From IMG/VR virus record IMGVR_UViG_3300045988_005058: a DNA stretch of 5,980 bases; one strand, 5' to 3'. Under the pieces are notes generated by a model that worked only from the letters and a program-made list of their open reading frames with translations, was not told the origin of the DNA and did no database searches. Positions 5,645 to 5,980 of this stretch are shown here, piece by piece. A program made the translations under genes and the position numbers. Position 1 is the first letter of the stretch. Every line of letters starts with the position of its first letter. This DNA comes from a virus.

Positions 5645-5980
5645 AAACCATTTCGCGCAAGTGCCGCGAATGGAACGACCGCGAAGCAAATTTGACAGAA
5701 GTCACCAGCTGTTGACGACCATCAACGAAGGTGACCTCGTACCCATCTACTGTGATGAAGTGTTACCGGGCGATACCGCAAAAATACGACTAAACGGACT
5801 TGTCCGAATGAGCACTCCCATCTATCCTATCATGGATAACTGCTACATGGATATCTATTTCTTCTTTGTTCCATGCCGTCTGCTGTGGGAACACTGGGAG
5901 AACATGTTCGGCGAAAACGACACCAACTACTGGGCAGAAAAAACCGAATATTCCACACCGAAAACCAAAATTGAAGGAAA
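5628..5980 (+). CDS. VP1: Major capsid protein VP1, N-terminal part (non-canonical start; frame disrupted at 5880)
   Basis: Frame 3 reads (ACG)NRNSENHFAQVPRMERPRSKFDRSHQLLTTINEGDLVPIYCDEVLPGDTAKIRL...MDNCYMDIYFFFVPCR up to 5879. This is the hallmark VP1 N-terminus (HxFAQVP, RSxFDRSH, EVLPGDT, FFFVPxR). The conserved continuation LLWEHWENMFGEN is in the +1 frame from 5881. The first canonical in-frame starts are GTG 5661 and ATG 5670. Confidence 0.8.
5903..5980 (+). repeat. Terminal redundancy (copy of 1-79), marking circular closure
   Basis: 78 nt are identical to 1-79 except for one A-run: A5 at 5939-5943 versus A6 at 37-42. Confidence 0.95.

Larger units (their letters stand above)
1..5902 (+). 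other. One complete unit of a circular Microviridae (gokushovirus-like) ssDNA phage genome, permuted within the capsid gene
   Basis: Positions 1-79 recur at 5903-5980 with a single 1-nt A-run difference. The gene set is VP1, VP2, VP3-like, VP4 Rep, VP5-like and a J-like protein, all on one strand. The size of about 5.9 kb fits the family. Confidence 0.85.

Noticed and set aside
176-5705. All 14 minus-strand ORFs in the track (176-361, 454-654, 1062-1286, 1444-1770, 1718-1936, 1869-2054, 2538-2741, 2689-2916, 3154-3393, 3768-3962, 4180-4428, 4984-5190, 5255-5689, 5508-5705), including a hydrophobic 108-aa ORF and a 144-aa ORF
   Set aside because: Each lies antisense to a well-supported + strand gene. 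I saw no SD for any of them. Their Leu/Phe/Cys/Arg-rich low-complexity composition is what the complement of an A/C-rich, T-poor coding strand produces. Microviridae transcribe one strand only.
1-5980. Integrated prophage or another mobile element context
   Set aside because: There is no integrase, transposase, att-like flanks or host genes. The terminal repeat falls inside the capsid ORF, consistent with a circular episomal or virion genome.

Overview
The window is one complete, circularly permuted unit of a small circular ssDNA phage genome (family Microviridae, gokushovirus-like rather than phiX-like). The first 79 nt recur at 5903-5980, so the unit is about 5901-5902 nt, and the break falls inside the major capsid gene. 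All credible genes are on the + strand. Almost every one has a GGAGG-type Shine-Dalgarno (SD) sequence, and there is a near-consensus sigma70-type promoter, which argues for an SD-using host and against Bacteroidota. Order in the window: VP1 C-terminal part, terminator, VP2 pilot protein, terminator, a 320-nt noncoding region packed with repeats, VP4 rolling-circle Rep, a noncoding region with a strong promoter, a 66-aa ORF, an M15 zinc peptidase, a 73-aa ORF, a 38-aa basic J/ORF8-like protein (absent from the ORF track), a 38-aa ORF, a VP5-like protein, a VP3-like scaffold protein, then the VP1 N-terminal part. Main points to re-examine: (1) a dense direct-repeat (iteron-like, DnaA-box-like) array plus an 11-bp hairpin just upstream of and overlapping the rep start, a possible origin or control region; (2) the capsid gene has no canonical start codon where its conserved N-terminus begins, with an ACG 9 nt after a perfect SD; (3) a +1 frame break in VP1 at 5880 and a 1-nt A-run difference between the two terminal repeat copies that exactly compensate each other; (4) a promoter-proximal accessory module with an M15 peptidase but no holin or signal peptide; (5) a terminator hairpin lying between the SD and the ATG of VP2. 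All family assignments come from motif recognition by eye; no searches were run.
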